A DNA stretch of 64,000 nt from Bugula neritina (taxonomy: Eukaryota > Animalia > Bryozoa), in NCBI GenBank assembly GCA_964035545.1, contig OZ037767.1, forward strand, positions 3,610,507 through 3,674,506. Reading direction: 5' to 3'. Under the pieces are notes generated by a model, which was not told the origin of the DNA, did no database searches, and saw only the letters and a program-made list of their open reading frames with translations. Of this stretch, positions 44,637 to 59,964 are shown in pieces. Each line of letters starts with the position of its first letter. Positions within the stretch are counted from its first letter, which is position 1. Made by a program: the position numbers and the translations under genes.

Positions 44637-45933
44637 GATATTATAATAAGAATAATTATATGCATAATACACTGTAATATATATTATTGAATTTCAGCTT
44701 AGTTTGGTAAATTTCAAATTTAAGTTCAAGTGGCATGTGGAATATTCATATGATTTTTTGATTTTTAGAGTTATTTGTAAATTAATTAAATCCTTACAGT
44801 TTTAATTTTGTTTAATAAATCCAGAATTATACAATTTACAATAATTTTTGACAAAGCAGTTGTAATGTAAATGCTGTAAGCTTATAATTTTATTGAAAAT
44901 GTTCAATGATTTGTAAATTATGATTTATAAATTAAACATTATAGTAGCTGTCTACTCTTTTTAAATTTGTGAAACAATTATATACATATCGTGCATAAAC
45001 TTTGCACTTGCATTTAAATATTGCTACAAGCACACAGCTAACAAAGTGATCCTATCTTAGTTTTGGTCACACAACTCCTGTAAGGACTGCTTAGCTATGA
45101 TTAATCCTCTTTAAAATTTTGAAAATCTGCAAAATTTTGATCCTGAAGACTGCATGATGTAAGCTGCCTGTGCAAAACATACATTTAAGTTGCTGCTGCC
45201 AATGTTTCTGCTGTAACAGTTTACTAGGTAAATAGTTCAAGATGAGCTGCCATGAGAAGACAACTTTTATCATATAACAATAGGACTCAAAGTTTTCAGT
45301 TTTTATACTCAAGAATGTGTTTATACAGCTGCAATTAGCAATGTGATTAACATCAGACAACAACACAATATATAAGGCCCCCTATGCAATGTTTTACCTG
45401 ATTAGAATAAAATAATTACTTGCGCATATAGTTTTAATTATTTTGTTTTCTTTAAACAATCATGTAACTAGCCATTTATTTTATTTATTTGTTTTTTTAA
45501 TGTCATATGAGCATAAAGACTATTTTATTTGCATTAATCTATTTATTTCAATTTTTCAAAGTCAGGCATGTATGTACATAAAGATTATTTCCTATTATAG
45601 GTGCCATATTATAGAATATAATAACAACGTTCTTTTGTAAAGCACAGTTTAATATTAACCTTTATAATTTATCATCAGCGAAGGTATAGACTATATAGAA
45701 TAATAATCCTGTTGGATGGTTGAATCATTTTACAATGATTAGCTGATTACAGGAGAAAAGCTAGCTTATTGCGATGCTTTCAGAGTTTTACAAGATAATA
45801 TCAGACAGCTTATTATCATATTGATGTCATTTGAATAATGGATAACAGTATAAAACAAAGCCATTAACAAATAGCAATTCATATGACAGCTTCAACAGCA
45901 TTGGATTAGTTAGAAGATTGAATATTTCTCATC

Positions 45934-46997
45934 ATGAGTAAAATAATCTTATTTTCTCTGATAGCTGTCGGTTAGTATCGAAATTTGAGTTATACTGCCT
46001 AATATAAAACATAAACTCATTGCATTTTAGTTCAACAAGAAATGTACTTGATAAAATTATTTTTATTGCGGAGCAATTGACAATATAGATTGTATTCAAA
46101 TTATGTGTACCAACAGCATCTAGTTTTTTATTTTTTAATCAAACTGTTTTAAAATTTTTAAATTATACAAGTGATAATGAAAATAAAATTAAGATTGACA
46201 AATTTCTTACAAAAAGTTTGAATTAAATTTAAGCTTTTAAAATTGAAAAAACTTTTTCAAACTCAGTAAAGATTTGTTTAATATAATAAATGTGTTGCAG
46301 GATTATTTGGCGTGAATGAAGCCATCAAGTGTTACACGTGTAGTAACTGCGGTGACCCATACATCGGGAATCCTAGTCAGCTTCTCAGCTGCCAAACTGG
46401 AGTTGCTAGTTGCTTGAAAACTCAGTCTAACGCTGCCGGCACTGAAACCAGTGAGTAGTTTCTAAATTCAGCATGAATTATAACTATAAGCATTGCATCT
46501 ACAGTAGAAGTCATGTAATAGTTATATATATATTATATATACTATGCTGGTACAAAATAAAATTGTGTAATGGTTATATACAATATTGTTGCATATATTA
46601 TATATTAATATATTATATATCTTTATGCATGCTTTTTTATACATATTATGTACTATCACTTGATATTATCACTATATAATATAATATATATGACTATATA
46701 TCATAATATTGTACAGAGTTATATTTATAATATATCATTATACAATCGTAGCATCAGAGTTTGCATTAACTTTTATATTTCTCAGTCATATATAATATTT
46801 GATTATTTTAAGCTGTAAGAAGCTGTGGGACAATAGCAGCTGCTGCTTCTTTGGGCTGTACGACAGCAGAAGTGTTCGGAATCAAAACAGACACTTGTTT
46901 CTGTAAAGGAGATGCCTGTAACACAGCCACTCTCGCCAAAGTCTCCTACATAAGCATGATTGCTGTCATCACTCTACCCATTGCTGTATTTTATTGA
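45934..46997 (+). CDS. Ly6/uPAR three-finger (quiver/sleepless-like) GPI-anchored protein, 123 aa
   Basis: Exons 45934-45970, 46301-46450, 46813-46997 (phase 1,1): MSKIILFSLIAVGLFGVNEA-IKCYTCSNCGDPYIGNPSQLLSCQTGVASCLKTQSNAAGTETTVRSCGTIAAAASLGCTTAEVFGIKTDTCFCKGDACN-TATLAKVSYISMIAVITLPIAVFY. Signal peptide, 10 Cys with CYxC start and CxCxxxxCN end, hydrophobic C-terminal GPI-type signal. Confidence 0.92.
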
Positions 46998-47966
46998 TTT
47001 AATCAACATGAGTCATCAGTAACTTTAGATTAGATAAAATTATGCAAATATGCATGCAGTTAACAAACGCTTTAGAGTTTATAAATCTATTTAATTATAA
47101 TTCTTAAAAAGATTAGCTCGAGTTCTTCTTATTATTTTTGAATTTTTACTTTTCATGTCTATAACAAAAATAATTTGTAATTTCCGAACAAAATATAAAG
47201 TAAAATACAATAAATATATGGAATGATATGACAGTCTAATTTATATAAAGTTTGTAATAACATAGATGTAATACATCAAGAAATGAAACATACATGTCAT
47301 ATGTAATATCGCATACTTAATGCACTATAATATATTTATATTACAAAACATTATATATAGTTAACTTCATTAGCATAGTTGTTCATATAAACTTATATTA
47401 TGTACAGAGCAGTTTACTAAATCATCATAACTATACTCAAATTTATTTTACTAAGAGCAGAAAATAACTATGTCATTATATTCTTGGTATAATAAATTTA
47501 GTTTCAATTAAATTATATTTGATTCATGTTGACTTATGTCACAGTTGTGTAGTAATATTAATAAGCAATTCAAATTACTATAAACTTTGCGTAAAATGTG
47601 CAAAAAATATGTTTTTAATACTTTAATTTTATTCATAAACAAAGCAAATTGTAATTTTCGTTCTTCAAGACTGTAAATATTTTTAAAAACAAAGCAATTG
47701 TCATTGGAGCTTCACTTCATTCATATCCTTTATGAAGTTTTGCTAATTAATGTAAAGTTTGTAGATGTAAGCACTGCTATCTTATCACAAGCTATTAAAG
47801 CTTGTTAATTAAATCATCAAATTAGCTTAGTAGATTCTTGAAGGCAATATTATGACTAAAATTGATATCTATAATATGCCTTTTAAAAAGCAAATGCTTA
47901 CTTGAATGTCTACAGAAGAAATAATATGGTAGGACTTTATGCTAAGCATAAATGAATCTCCCAAAT

Positions 47967-48172
47967 GCAGCCATTGTCTAGGGGTTAGAGCGTTTGCTTT
48001 GTGAACACGAAGTCATGGGTTCGAACCCCGACAAAGGCCATTGGTGATGTTAGGAAGAGCATCCAGTCACAATTGCTCCTGTGTCTCATTTAAACAAGTC
48101 CTTAGCTCGCTCCAACAAAAACCCTTTCCATTGGGGTTTCTCGCAGGGATAGTGACTATAAACTTGCATAAG
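47967..48172 (+). mobile_element. tRNA-derived SINE, near full length
   Basis: A-box-like TTGTCTAGGGG, B box GGTTCGAACCC, central GGTGATGTTAGGAAGAGCATCCAGTC, 3' end GGGATAGTGACTATAAACTTGC shared with the 49909 copy. Confidence 0.85.
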
Positions 48173-49908
48173 TTTTCTTTATAAATGAATATCTCAAAAC
48201 ATATTTTCATAAAATAAAATATGAATTTAGTTTGAGCAATCAGTTAAAAGTCTCGTTAATATCACCAACTAGAGCCATACTTCAAAAGTACACATATATA
48301 GCTTATGAATAAATTTATATACAGGCTACTACATTTTATTTTAATAATGATAATGGAGATGATCTTGAAAATGTTTACTTATCGTAAAAAAGAACATAGG
48401 TGTAATTCTTCACCTTTAGCATTAGATTCTATTTGATATGTTCATAATTTTGAGTTAGCTGCCAAATTTATTCTGCAATTTATATCAAAATTTGAGAGAG
48501 GACAACTTCACATATAAAAGTCGAGAAATTTATAAACCCATGTTTCTTGAGAATTTATTTTTTGAACTCTAATCAAATAGATGAACTTTAACAAATAAGC
48601 AAACTTGAAAATCAGTCAATGTGTCATTTATTGCCTTGTAAACAGCAGCATATCTCTGTATATAATATGCTGTTGTATATACATTAGTACTGCCTAATTT
48701 AATCAAACTTGATGGAGTTTTTATAAATTAGCATAGAATAAGCATGTCAAAAGTTGCAAAAAAACTTAAAACAAGTACCTTGAACTCCACTTGAAATGTT
48801 TTAATAATGATAACAACAAAAGACAAGCTGCTTTCTGACTAGTTGCCTGTCATGTGACCAGTTAGTTCCGGTATCAACCAGTATTGTCTTCACTGTTATT
48901 ATAGCGACTCTGCCTACTTATTCAACACTCAGTAATACAACTCATCTCTATAAATAATTTGCATCAAATTAAAACAGTTCTCAAACCATCTATCTTATTT
49001 GTTATAACTTACCTAATAGTCCTCCAGGTATTTAGAAGACAGCATAATAATATTATGTTATAATTACCTCTTACAAGCACGCCATGTTACAGGTATTTGC
49101 ATTAATTATAAGCTTTACTTAAACTGGAAAGCATTAAATATTCGTTGCTCTTATTTTGATATAGCCTAGGAAATTCACTGTTGTATGTGCGTTGTTAATG
49201 CTATTTTGACTAGCTATAGAATCCCGGTTTTATTTATTATGTACTTCGATAAACTTGGTTTGGCAAACGATCAACTACATAAACTAGTTGAAACCAGTTT
49301 TTGTTATGCTATAGGATATGGTTGGACACATTCTAATAGATAAGCCTGCAAACTGGTTGTTCCTACAAAATTAGTAAACAGCTACATACAGCAAAGGCTG
49401 GTAATGCTTTAGCATTATTTCTTTAACTCTTGATTCTCTTAGAACAACTTATTTCAGTCAATGGGAAAGCTTCAAAGGATCTTGTTGTCAGCAACTTTGC
49501 TATAAGTTCATAGTTGAACTACTGCTCCAGCAGACTCAACACTGCAGTACGTGGACTATACAAGTTGAGAAGAACCTATCTGGTAAGTAATTATATGTTC
49601 TTGTGTAAGTTTTTCGTTATATCTTGCAGTTACAGTAATATGGTATGCAATGCATGAGAATTGCAAGGGTACACATATGCAAAGGATGACATACTATAGG
49701 CATAGGTTTGTGTGCAATTAATTTGCACCAGTCTCAGCTTATAAGCAGTCAACAGTCTTCATAGGTATTTTATTGCTGTGTTGAAAACCAACATCAACAT
49801 GTCAGTCTATTGCCTGCAACTGCAAACTGATAAATACAGTAAAAATAGCAACTCTGAAGTTTTAAAACTTATTTTAATATTATTGCACCAGAAATACTTA
49901 TCAAGGAA

Positions 49909-50118
49909 GCAGCAGTGGTCTAGGGGTTATAGCGTTTGCTTAGTAAACACTAAGTTATGGGTTCGAGCCTAGACAGAGGCCATTGGTGATGTTAGGAACA
50001 GCATATAGTCATAATTTCTCCCGTGCCTCATCTGAATAAGTCCTTATATAGCTGCTTTAAGAAAAAACCTTTTAATCAGGAGGTTCTCACAGGGATAGCG
50101 ACTATAAACTTGCGTGAG
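49909..50118 (+). mobile_element. tRNA-derived SINE, near full length
   Basis: TGGTCTAGGGG ... GGTTCGAGCC; colinear with the 47967 copy. Confidence 0.85.
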
Positions 50119-50176
50119 TTTATAGAAATACTTATCCAGTTGAGCACAATATGGTATCAGATCTTTAGAATATGTG

Positions 50177-50880
<704 letters not shown>

Positions 50881-50978
50881 GTTGTGTGCGAGCACTGTAT
50901 TTACCATCAATCTTCATGTTTGCTAAAAAGATGCATTGTTTGTAGTGTACAGAGCTGTTTTAGTTACAAAGCCAAACC

Positions 50979-51663
50979 ATGAATAGACTACTTTTTTCTC
51001 CAGTCACTCGCAATATTCTAGCTAGAAAAGTTTCACAGATAACTCCTCTAAGCTTCATTTCATCTGGAAAACTTCGACTTGATGAAGAGAAATTGTAAGT
51101 ATGACAACTCCAACTTTATAGCTTATAACATGCAGTTTGTGTGACAACTCCAAACCATTGGCTATAATGACTTGTAAAAAGTAAGACAACTCCAATATGC
51201 TTCTACCATTATTGAGGTTCTGCTAGGAAGATATGACAACTTTTAAATAGATAATAATATAATGACAATGCAAATATATATCAATAGTTGTTTTTCAATT
51301 AAATTTAAAATTTTGTTAGCTGTTTTTTGTGTTGCATAATATAATAGAATCAACTAGTGAAGTTACTTTTGAGTATTTTTATCTGCAAAAACAACAAAAA
51401 AGCTTCAATTATTAATATGACACTAGCATACAGTTTGCAGTAAAGTTTCAATTATTATCCAACAGAAAAGGAGCTCAATGGACAGATGATGCTAAAGTAG
51501 TGATAATTGGAGGGGGGTGTGTCGGCACGTCCCTAGCTTACCATTTAGCCAAGAAAGGGGTCAAGGACGTTGTGCTGTTAGAAAAGAGTGAGTTGACTGC
51601 AGGCTCCACTTGGCATGCGGTAAGACACCTTCCAAAACCAAGTATACAAAACAATTCAATTCA

Positions 51664-51717
<54 letters not shown>

Positions 51718-54700
51718 GGAAGGCAATACAATTTGTTGTATAGTTTTGTGCAAAAATCTTAAGTTGGTGCACATCTGCCAAGTAAGTCAATAAACTGTAG
51801 TATCCTTCATTTAAAAGTATGTGATTCTGTTATAATATCATATTAATTGTCAATAAAGGTTTTGTAGCATTATATAACTTATCAAATGTGTTTAACTTCT
51901 CACCCAGTGTTTTCAAAGCTAGAGTGATAAGTAATTTTATACATGTATGCCAGTGATGGTATACTGAGCCTTATGGTGATGGCTTTATATAATTGGGTTG
52001 ATTCAATTGTAGGCGGGGTTAGTGACATACTTTAACGGAACAACCAACATGAAAAAGATCCATCACTACTGCATGGAAGTGCTTGCGAATATAGAAAAAG
52101 AAACTGGCCAGGTTTGATTATAGAACGGCTTTTAATATTTATTTGTTGTGTTTATGTTATACACTCAAGCAAGCTGTGTGATAATTAACATGACCAATTT
52201 ATCTAAATATAACTGTTTGTACTTTAATTGCTATATTTTCCGACTTTTAATTAAAATAAGCTATTATTAATAGTGATGAAAAAGAACGGTGACATTAATA
52301 TATATTTAAAAACCATTTCTGTTGTCTTCTCATTTAAATTTTATGTAACAAAGTAATAGTTATATAGTTGTGGTATTCATATATAGATTTGTTTTTATAT
52401 AAAACATAGCTATTGTATTATTGGGGGGTTCTTTGCTATAATATAATATTAGGGGGCCTATTATACATTTTATAAAAAATTCAGCAAGTTTTGACTGACA
52501 ATAGTAAGTGTTGTATGCTGACGGTTGATTAACCCATGTGGATTAAATAATAGGTAATATAATATGATGTGAGAAATGCAATTGGTGCTTTTCTAGTTTA
52601 AAAATACTGATATGAAACATAAAAATAAATATTTTCAAGATACATTATTGAGTTGTCTTCTCTTTTATTAGCAAGTTGGATTCCATAACTGCGGAAGCCT
52701 TAGATTAGCTACGACTGAAAGCCGACTAGATGAAATGAAGTATCAGCTATCACGGGCATTATGGCATCCGGCCCATATTGAGTTAATTGGTCCAGAAAAA
52801 GTTCACGAGCTACACCCTTTGCTGAATATGGACATGGTAAGCTATGAATTAATTACTGTATTGTTATGTTATTATAATATATTGCTATATAGCTCAACAG
52901 CTGGCAAACTGCAAATGGAATATTATTATGACTCTGGTTAAAGAGAGTTTTGAAGAGGCTATTGAAAGGAATTTACAAAATAATTAATGTTGTTAGCCTT
53001 TGGAATAGTGTAAGGGCTCTACAATATTATTTGTTAAGGAAGCATTCTATTAATAGGGTTTATTTTACACTGTCATCAAAGTAAACCATAAGCAATGATA
53101 GGCTATAGTTTATAATAAAACAGACATTCTTATGGGTTTTCTGTCATTCAAGTTCATTAAAAATTACTGTAGAAAAAGAATGTTCAAAACTAACTATAGA
53201 TTTCCAGTTATATCAAAATAGTTTTTTGCATACTTTTAAAATAACACGTGTACTTTTTCTAGATTGTAGTTGAATTACTAGATATTTTTTAAACAAAAAT
53301 ACTAAATAATTTGCGGTTCTGCATTTATATTTGTAGATCTTAGGTGGCTTGTACACTCCAAATGACGGGCACGTCGACCCATACTCTCTAACTCAGGCCT
53401 ATGCAACTGGTGCTAGGGCTAACGGTGCTCAGATAGTTCAGTATTGTGATGTTTCAGACACAACTTTAAAGGAAAATGGTCGCTGGGAAATACAGACAGA
53501 CAAAGGAGTTATTAAAACTGACCATGTGGTCAATGCAGCAGGTTGACTATTGTCATAAATCATGCTAGAATTTGATTATATGATCACCTCAAACTTCGTT
53601 AACAAAATTCACTGTTTTATTTACTGTTTATTACTACATATTATAAAACAAAACTTGTTCACTCTTCTATTCAATGTGCAGCCTATAATATGCTTAGCTA
53701 ATCCAACTTTTCAAAAATATCTATCCAGGTCTGTGGGCTAGAGAAGTTGGAAAACTAGCTGGAATAACTTTGCCTATCATACCTGCCCATCATCAATACG
53801 TAATCACATCTAGTCTTCCTGAGGTAGAGGCGTTGGAAAGAGAGACACCAGTGATTAGAGACTTGGAAGGTGTTAACTGCATTAACTAAATCTATACACT
53901 AAATCTGTATAAACAAATGTTTACTAAGGCATCATTATGTATTTGATTGTTTATTTTATGAACTGCTTCTTGGAGTTGTATAACCTTTGTTTGTGAATCA
54001 AATTTGTGGAGCAAAACACTATTTTAGATGATTAATTTCTGAGTAGTTAGTGTTTTGTTGTATTGTTTTACAGGATCGTATTACTTGCGGCAAGAAAGGG
54101 GAGGATTACTGTACGGCCCTTATGAAGATAGAGAAAAAATGGATCTTTGCTATGATTGGTATGACAATGGGCCACCTCAAGGTATTTTTAACTTTCTTTC
54201 TATAACCAACTCTATTCATTATGTATTTGAAAATAGTGCTTTAAACTCTGTTTTAGTAGTTAAAATATTATTATTATACATGTTACTAAATTCTTGATAA
54301 GCACTAATAATTATTTCATATAGTAAATCCTAATAAGCACTGCATGGTAAGTAACATAATAAACACTAATATGCACTGATGAGCACTAATAAGCAATATC
54401 AAGTCAACAATTGATACTTATAAGCACCAATAAGCCGATGATACAAACTGGTAAATAATAGTAAACATTAATGACCACTGATAAGCATTAGTATAGACAC
54501 TAATTTAAGTAAAAACAAGCACTGATGAGCAATAATAGGCACTAATAAGCACAAATGAACTCTTATATAATTCACAGAATTACATTTGTGTTATTATTAA
54601 GGATTTGGTAAAGAACTGTTCCAGCCGAACCTGGACAGAATATCTGACAACTCAGAGATGGCCATGCAGCTGGTGCCGTGCTTGGAAAGAGCAGAGATTC

Positions 54701-57700
54701 AGACTGTCGTGTCCGGTCCTATAACTTACGGTCCGGATATTCTACCTCAAGTGGGACCTTTTCAAGGATTACACAATTACTGGGTATCTGCTGCACACAC
54801 GTGAGTCTGTTGTAACGCGTGACCTAGTCGATTATATGGCCTAGTCGATCATGTGACTTACTTTATCATGTGACCTAGTTGATCATGTGACCTAGTCGAT
54901 CATGTGACCTAGTTGATTTACCCTCTATAACAGTTGGCTCGAATAATCTGCTCTTTATAAAAATTGACCAAGGTAGTCTCCGCATTGAACCGCATAGCTC
55001 AGTTATCTAAATATTGCTAACACATACACAATTATTGAAAAGTCATGTCAAAGTTGCCAGTTTTTACATTGCAGATATGGCATAGCTCATTCCGCAGGGT
55101 TCGGTGACTACTTAGCTGATTGGATAATACACGGAGAGCCTCCTTTTGAATGTGCCGAGACGGACCCCAATAGATATTCTCCGAAATGGTGCACTGAGTA
55201 GGTTGACCTTAACCTGTTTATTTCGTGTCATCTCATTTCTGAGCAATATTTGTCTATATGTGTGTGCGTGCATGTGCGTTTACGCATGCATGTGCGTGTG
55301 TGCGTATGCATGTGTGCGTGCGTGCATGAGTGAGTGTGTGTGTAAGTTTTCTTGATAAATTAGCAACAGTTGCCAATTACTGCCTAGTTTTTAAACTTAT
55401 ACTAAATGTTTAGCCTATATTATATTAATACATCTTATTAAAGATATCATTGGTATTGTGTATGAGACATATCAATGCTATCTGCATGTTATTGTAATCT
55501 AAAACACTTTCAGTGAGTTTCATTTGGCAAAGGCACGAGAGACTTATGGTATGAACAACCATCCTCCATTCCCCAAGGAGGTGAGACCCGCCGGGAGGCC
55601 CACATGTAGGACAACTCCCATATACAAACTCCAGAAAGAATCTGGTGCCCAGTTTTCCTTCTCTGCAGGTATTCAAGCAACACTACACGTAGAGAGGCTC
55701 TAAACTCATGATTTAAACTATTGCAGCTTCAAATCTTCATTTATTAAAATGTTATTATATCATTATGTTATAATTATTACGTCATTACCAACTATAACTG
55801 TAAGTAATTATCATTTTTATATTGTTATGATATTTTCTGTATGCTGTAATATTTTTTCTTGATTTTTTTATGATTTTTATCAATTCATAATTTATGTTAC
55901 TATATAGTTGCCACATTACTATAAGCTTATAGTTGATATATTACTACATAGTTACTATATTACTATATATAGTTATTATATTACTGTATATAATTATTAT
56001 ACTACTATATATAGTTATTTTATTGCTATATATAGTTAATATTTTACTATATAATAATTATATTACTATATATAGTTATTATATTACAATATAGTTACGA
56101 GTATTATATTACTATATTACTATATTATAGTTATCATAACAACAGTATTGCTACTATTATGTGTATCGTTATGCTGTCTCTATGATTGTGTAGGATGGGA
56201 GACGGCAGACTGGTACGCATTACCTGGAGATGAGTCCGGATATATTCCCTCCTTCAGACGGACAAACTGGTTTGAGCCAGTGGGACGGGAATGTAGAGGA
56301 GTTCTGGAGAACTGCGGAGTGATTGATTTGAGTGCCTTTGGCAAGTTTGAGTTGACCGGCCCAGACTCTGCTAAACTCATTGATTACTTGTATGCTAACG
56401 AAGTACCTAAGGTAATTACACACATACACACGCATATGCACGCACACACGCACACGCGCACACACACACACCCACACACACACGCACACGCACACACACA
56501 CACACACACATACACGCACACGCGCACACACACATGCGCACACACACACACGCCCCCACATGCAAACAAACACATTCATTTTAAGCATGTTCTTTATATC
56601 ATACCATGTCATCATAAACTGAAACATTTTGTAGAAAGGAGAGATTAAAGTTTCCCACATGTTGACCTCTACTGGCACTGTGTACGCTGAGCATACTGTG
56701 TCTTGCATGGACCCGGAGAGGTTCTGGTGTGTAACTGGTGGCACGTCAGAGCTTCATGATATCAGGTATGAATAAACCAACATAACTAATTAGCAAGTAA
56801 TACTTACTAATGTTTTACTTACACTTATACGACTTACACGCTCCCTATGCACTGTACAGTGGGATTACATATAAAATGTGTCCTTTACATTATACAGTGT
56901 GCTTATACTTATACTCTAAGTTATGCCATCTTTTCTTGTATTTTTATGACAAACAACTGCACCCACAACACATCATTTTTGACTTTTCCTGAAAAACCTC
57001 CTTCTGATACAGATTATACATCATGAACTTTACATCAAAGCTTTACAAAATATCTTCCTCAACACAAAATACATTATTTTGATATATACGAATATTGCTA
57101 CACCCGCAGATGGATGGAAATGGTAGCTAAAGAGCGAAACTACAATGTTAAGTTTGAAATGATTTCTGACGAATACATGGTGGTGAGCATAGCAGGGCCC
57201 AAGTCTAGGGAGGTCATGGCGAAACTTACAGATGCAGACGTGTCAGGAGAATCTTGGCCTTTCATGGTTCAGAAGACGATAGAGCTAGCTGGGGTCACTG
57301 CCCACGCCTTTCGACTCTCCTACACTGGTTTGTTGGTGCTCAGTCTATTTTCTAAAGTGATTGGGGCAGCTAAGTTTATAATGTAATATAGAAATTAAAC
57401 CAATATTAGAATAATGCTGTTATTTTATCATTATGTAGTGTTGACTGAGCAGTTACTCAGCTATTTTAGAACCTATAAGGCTATCTTAACTTAAGTTAGA
57501 ACGTCAAAACAAATAATGATAAATATCAACAGCATATATTTATTTAAAGGCTTTGCAGTGATATCTGTTTAAACCTATTATAAATGTCTTTCAAACATGT
57601 TTATTAGTTTATATCTTTTTCAAAATAACAAAAGGAAAATATAAAATTCTTCTTTTCCTACTGTTCAGTGATTGTGGAATTATGCTTGCGGATTGCATAA

Positions 57701-59964
57701 TATGTTGTTGACTATATATATACAGTACTGTATTAACAGGTGAATTAGGCTGGGAACTATACATCAAGCCAGAGAGCATGCTCTCGCTATACAAAGCTAT
57801 CCAGGAAGCTGGAAAAGAGTTCCAAATGGTGAAGTTTGGAAAGTTTGCGCTTGATTCCCTGCGACAGGAAAAAGGAATGCGAGGTTGGGGCATGGAGGTA
57901 GCCTATATCTATTACTATATAATACTATACTTTACTATATATTACTACCTATGTTTCTATAGATTATTGTATATCACTCTGTATTACTCTATACTACTAT
58001 ATACAAGTATACTATAACTATATTTTCATGTTACTATATACTAATACTTGCTATTATATATTACTGTATAATATTATATATTACTATATAATACTTTGTA
58101 TTACTATATATTACTCTATACAACTACATATTACTCTATAATGCTTGGTAAGCCTAGGGCCACACGGTGCGTATTTTCGCATGCGAAAATTGAAACCACA
58201 AGTAGCAAAGGTGTCCACTGTGCGCGTTGAGAAAACATTCGCACTTGTCGCTCTGCATTTTCAACGCAAGTGCGAATCGTCTCTGTCGTCGTCACCTAAT
58301 TGGCTGGTAGTTATTCAGCGAGCCCAATTCCCTTATTTTAGTGCTACATTCCAGTAAATTGCGTTTTATTGAAAGCGAGTGCGATTTAAAAATGAAAGCT
58401 TTATTTATCACGCATCACTGACGCTACAGTGGACACCTTTGCTACTTGTGATTTCAATTTTCGCATGCGAAAATACGCACAGTGTGGCCCTAGGCTTAGT
58501 GATATAATATGTGTTTTTCATTTGCTCTGTTCTAACATAAACGCATGTCACAAATGTGACATATAAATGTTTATGTAAGAAAAAATGTGACATGTGGCAC
58601 ACTTTGTTCTACATGATGCATTTATGTTGTGCACATGTTTTTTATAGCATATTGTTGGGGACTTATTGTAGATGACTAAAGGTACAAATGCTCTTGAAGC
58701 TGGGTTAGGGATGTTTTTAAAGCCAAACAAAGTGAGTATATTATGTTACTACTACTACTGCTACTGCTACTGCCACTGCTACTGTAACTGCTATTGCTAC
58801 TACTATTACTACTGCTACTACTATTAATACTTACCATTGCTTGTAGGAAGCAGACTTCATTGGAAAGGATAAAACCAAGAAAGAAGGTTTAAAAAAGAAA
58901 TTAGTCTTTTTGACTGTTGAAACAGAAGGAGTGGATCCAGGGGGAGATGAGGTGGTTTGGTGTGATGGGAAGGTAAGTAGATATTCCTAAGGTTATCATT
59001 TTTTAACTCTTTATACCTCAAAATGATTTCATTAAGTATCACACAGGCCAGCAGTAGATGCTGAACTGACTCAATACTTTTTGAATATTCAGTATTCAAC
59101 GGGTAAGTTGGTTTATTAGTTTTTAATGCTTATAATGCTAATCACACACATCAAGTATAAAACTATTATAAAATCAACATCATCAATAGCGGAACTGTAA
59201 ATCAATCTATCACTGTAGGTTTATTCAGAGATGCCAAAAACTGGCTAGCAATGTTGTGTATACTTAGCTTTAAAAATGGGCTCAAAAATTTATTGAAACT
59301 GTGCAAAATGTTTCATGGCTATAATACAAGTATAATAAATTAAAATTGATATTCTCAAGTTATAACTACACTGTGTACAAGTAGTTTATTAAATGGTGCT
59401 AATAATTGCATACGTGTAAAGCTTCATTAGAGATAGGCTTATTCTATAGTCTAAAAACTTAAAAAACTGCTTAAAACATGAAAAGGATCAAAGTTTTAAA
59501 AACAAAAGCGAGATGGCAATTATTTCTGTTTGCACATGCTCTGTTAACTAGCCCTGTAAGTGTAATTATTACACGTCAAAAGGGGATGGAGCCATGTGGG
59601 GATGTATCTTATCTATTATCAATATACAATTATTAGTAGTCATTGTTAGCATAAATGATTGGGCTTTATCTCCACCAGGGACAGCTAGTAACATAGAAGC
59701 CAGATAAAACTTCACCAGGAAAATAAGCTTTGCATCGTGTAGCTCACTTTAATTTTTGAGTTTTGATATGATGTAACATTTTAGGTTGTTGGATATACCA
59801 CGTCTGGTTGCTATGGCTGGCAGGTTGGCTCTAGTATATGCATGGCTTACCTACCAATAGAATTAGTAAAAAACGGAGCTATAGTCCAAGTAGAAGTCTT
59901 AGCCCAGAAATATAACGCTACGGTGCACAAGCAACCCTTAGTTAAACATGAAACCCGTAGGTAA
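50979..59964 (+). CDS. DMGDH: Dimethylglycine dehydrogenase, mitochondrial
   Basis: 17 phase-consistent exons: 50979-51094, 51466-51619, 52013-52111, 52672-52836, 53337-53541, 53729-53869, 54074-54181, 54602-54800, 55075-55197, 55514-55668, 56194-56411, 56635-56765, 57110-57327, 57740-57897, 58672-58731, 58847-58972, 59785-59964. Presequence [17 protein letters not shown]; FAD motif [19 protein letters not shown]; [13 protein letters not shown] with the covalent-FAD His; [12 protein letters not shown]; [13 protein letters not shown]; [15 protein letters not shown]; folate domain [13 protein letters not shown] and VVGYTTSG. Confidence 0.96.
51665..51717. repeat. (GATT)n microsatellite
   Basis: Direct reading. 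Confidence 0.9.
54819..54918. repeat. 17-bp minisatellite (GTGACCTAGTCGATCAT), about 6 units
   Basis: Direct reading, DMGDH intron 8. Confidence 0.85.
58151..58496. mobile_element. MITE with TIRs of about 70 bp and TA flanks
   Basis: agcctagggccacacggtgcgtattttcgcatgcgaaaattgaaaccacaagtagcaaaggtgtccactgt and its near-perfect reverse complement ending ...gtgtggccctaggct; TA at 58149-58150 and 58497-58498. Confidence 0.9.

Noticed and set aside
47967-48035. Functional tRNA genes at 24757, 47967, 49909 and 61480
   Set aside because: The acceptor and anticodon stems do not pair cleanly, and three copies continue into a shared non-tRNA body, as expected for SINE heads.
49084-49582. Upstream coding exons for DMGDH (ATGTTACAG|gt and an exon ending 49582)
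   Set aside because: The ATG at 50979 already gives an in-frame mitochondrial presequence. These segments are more likely 5'UTR exons, though an alternative N-terminus is not excluded.
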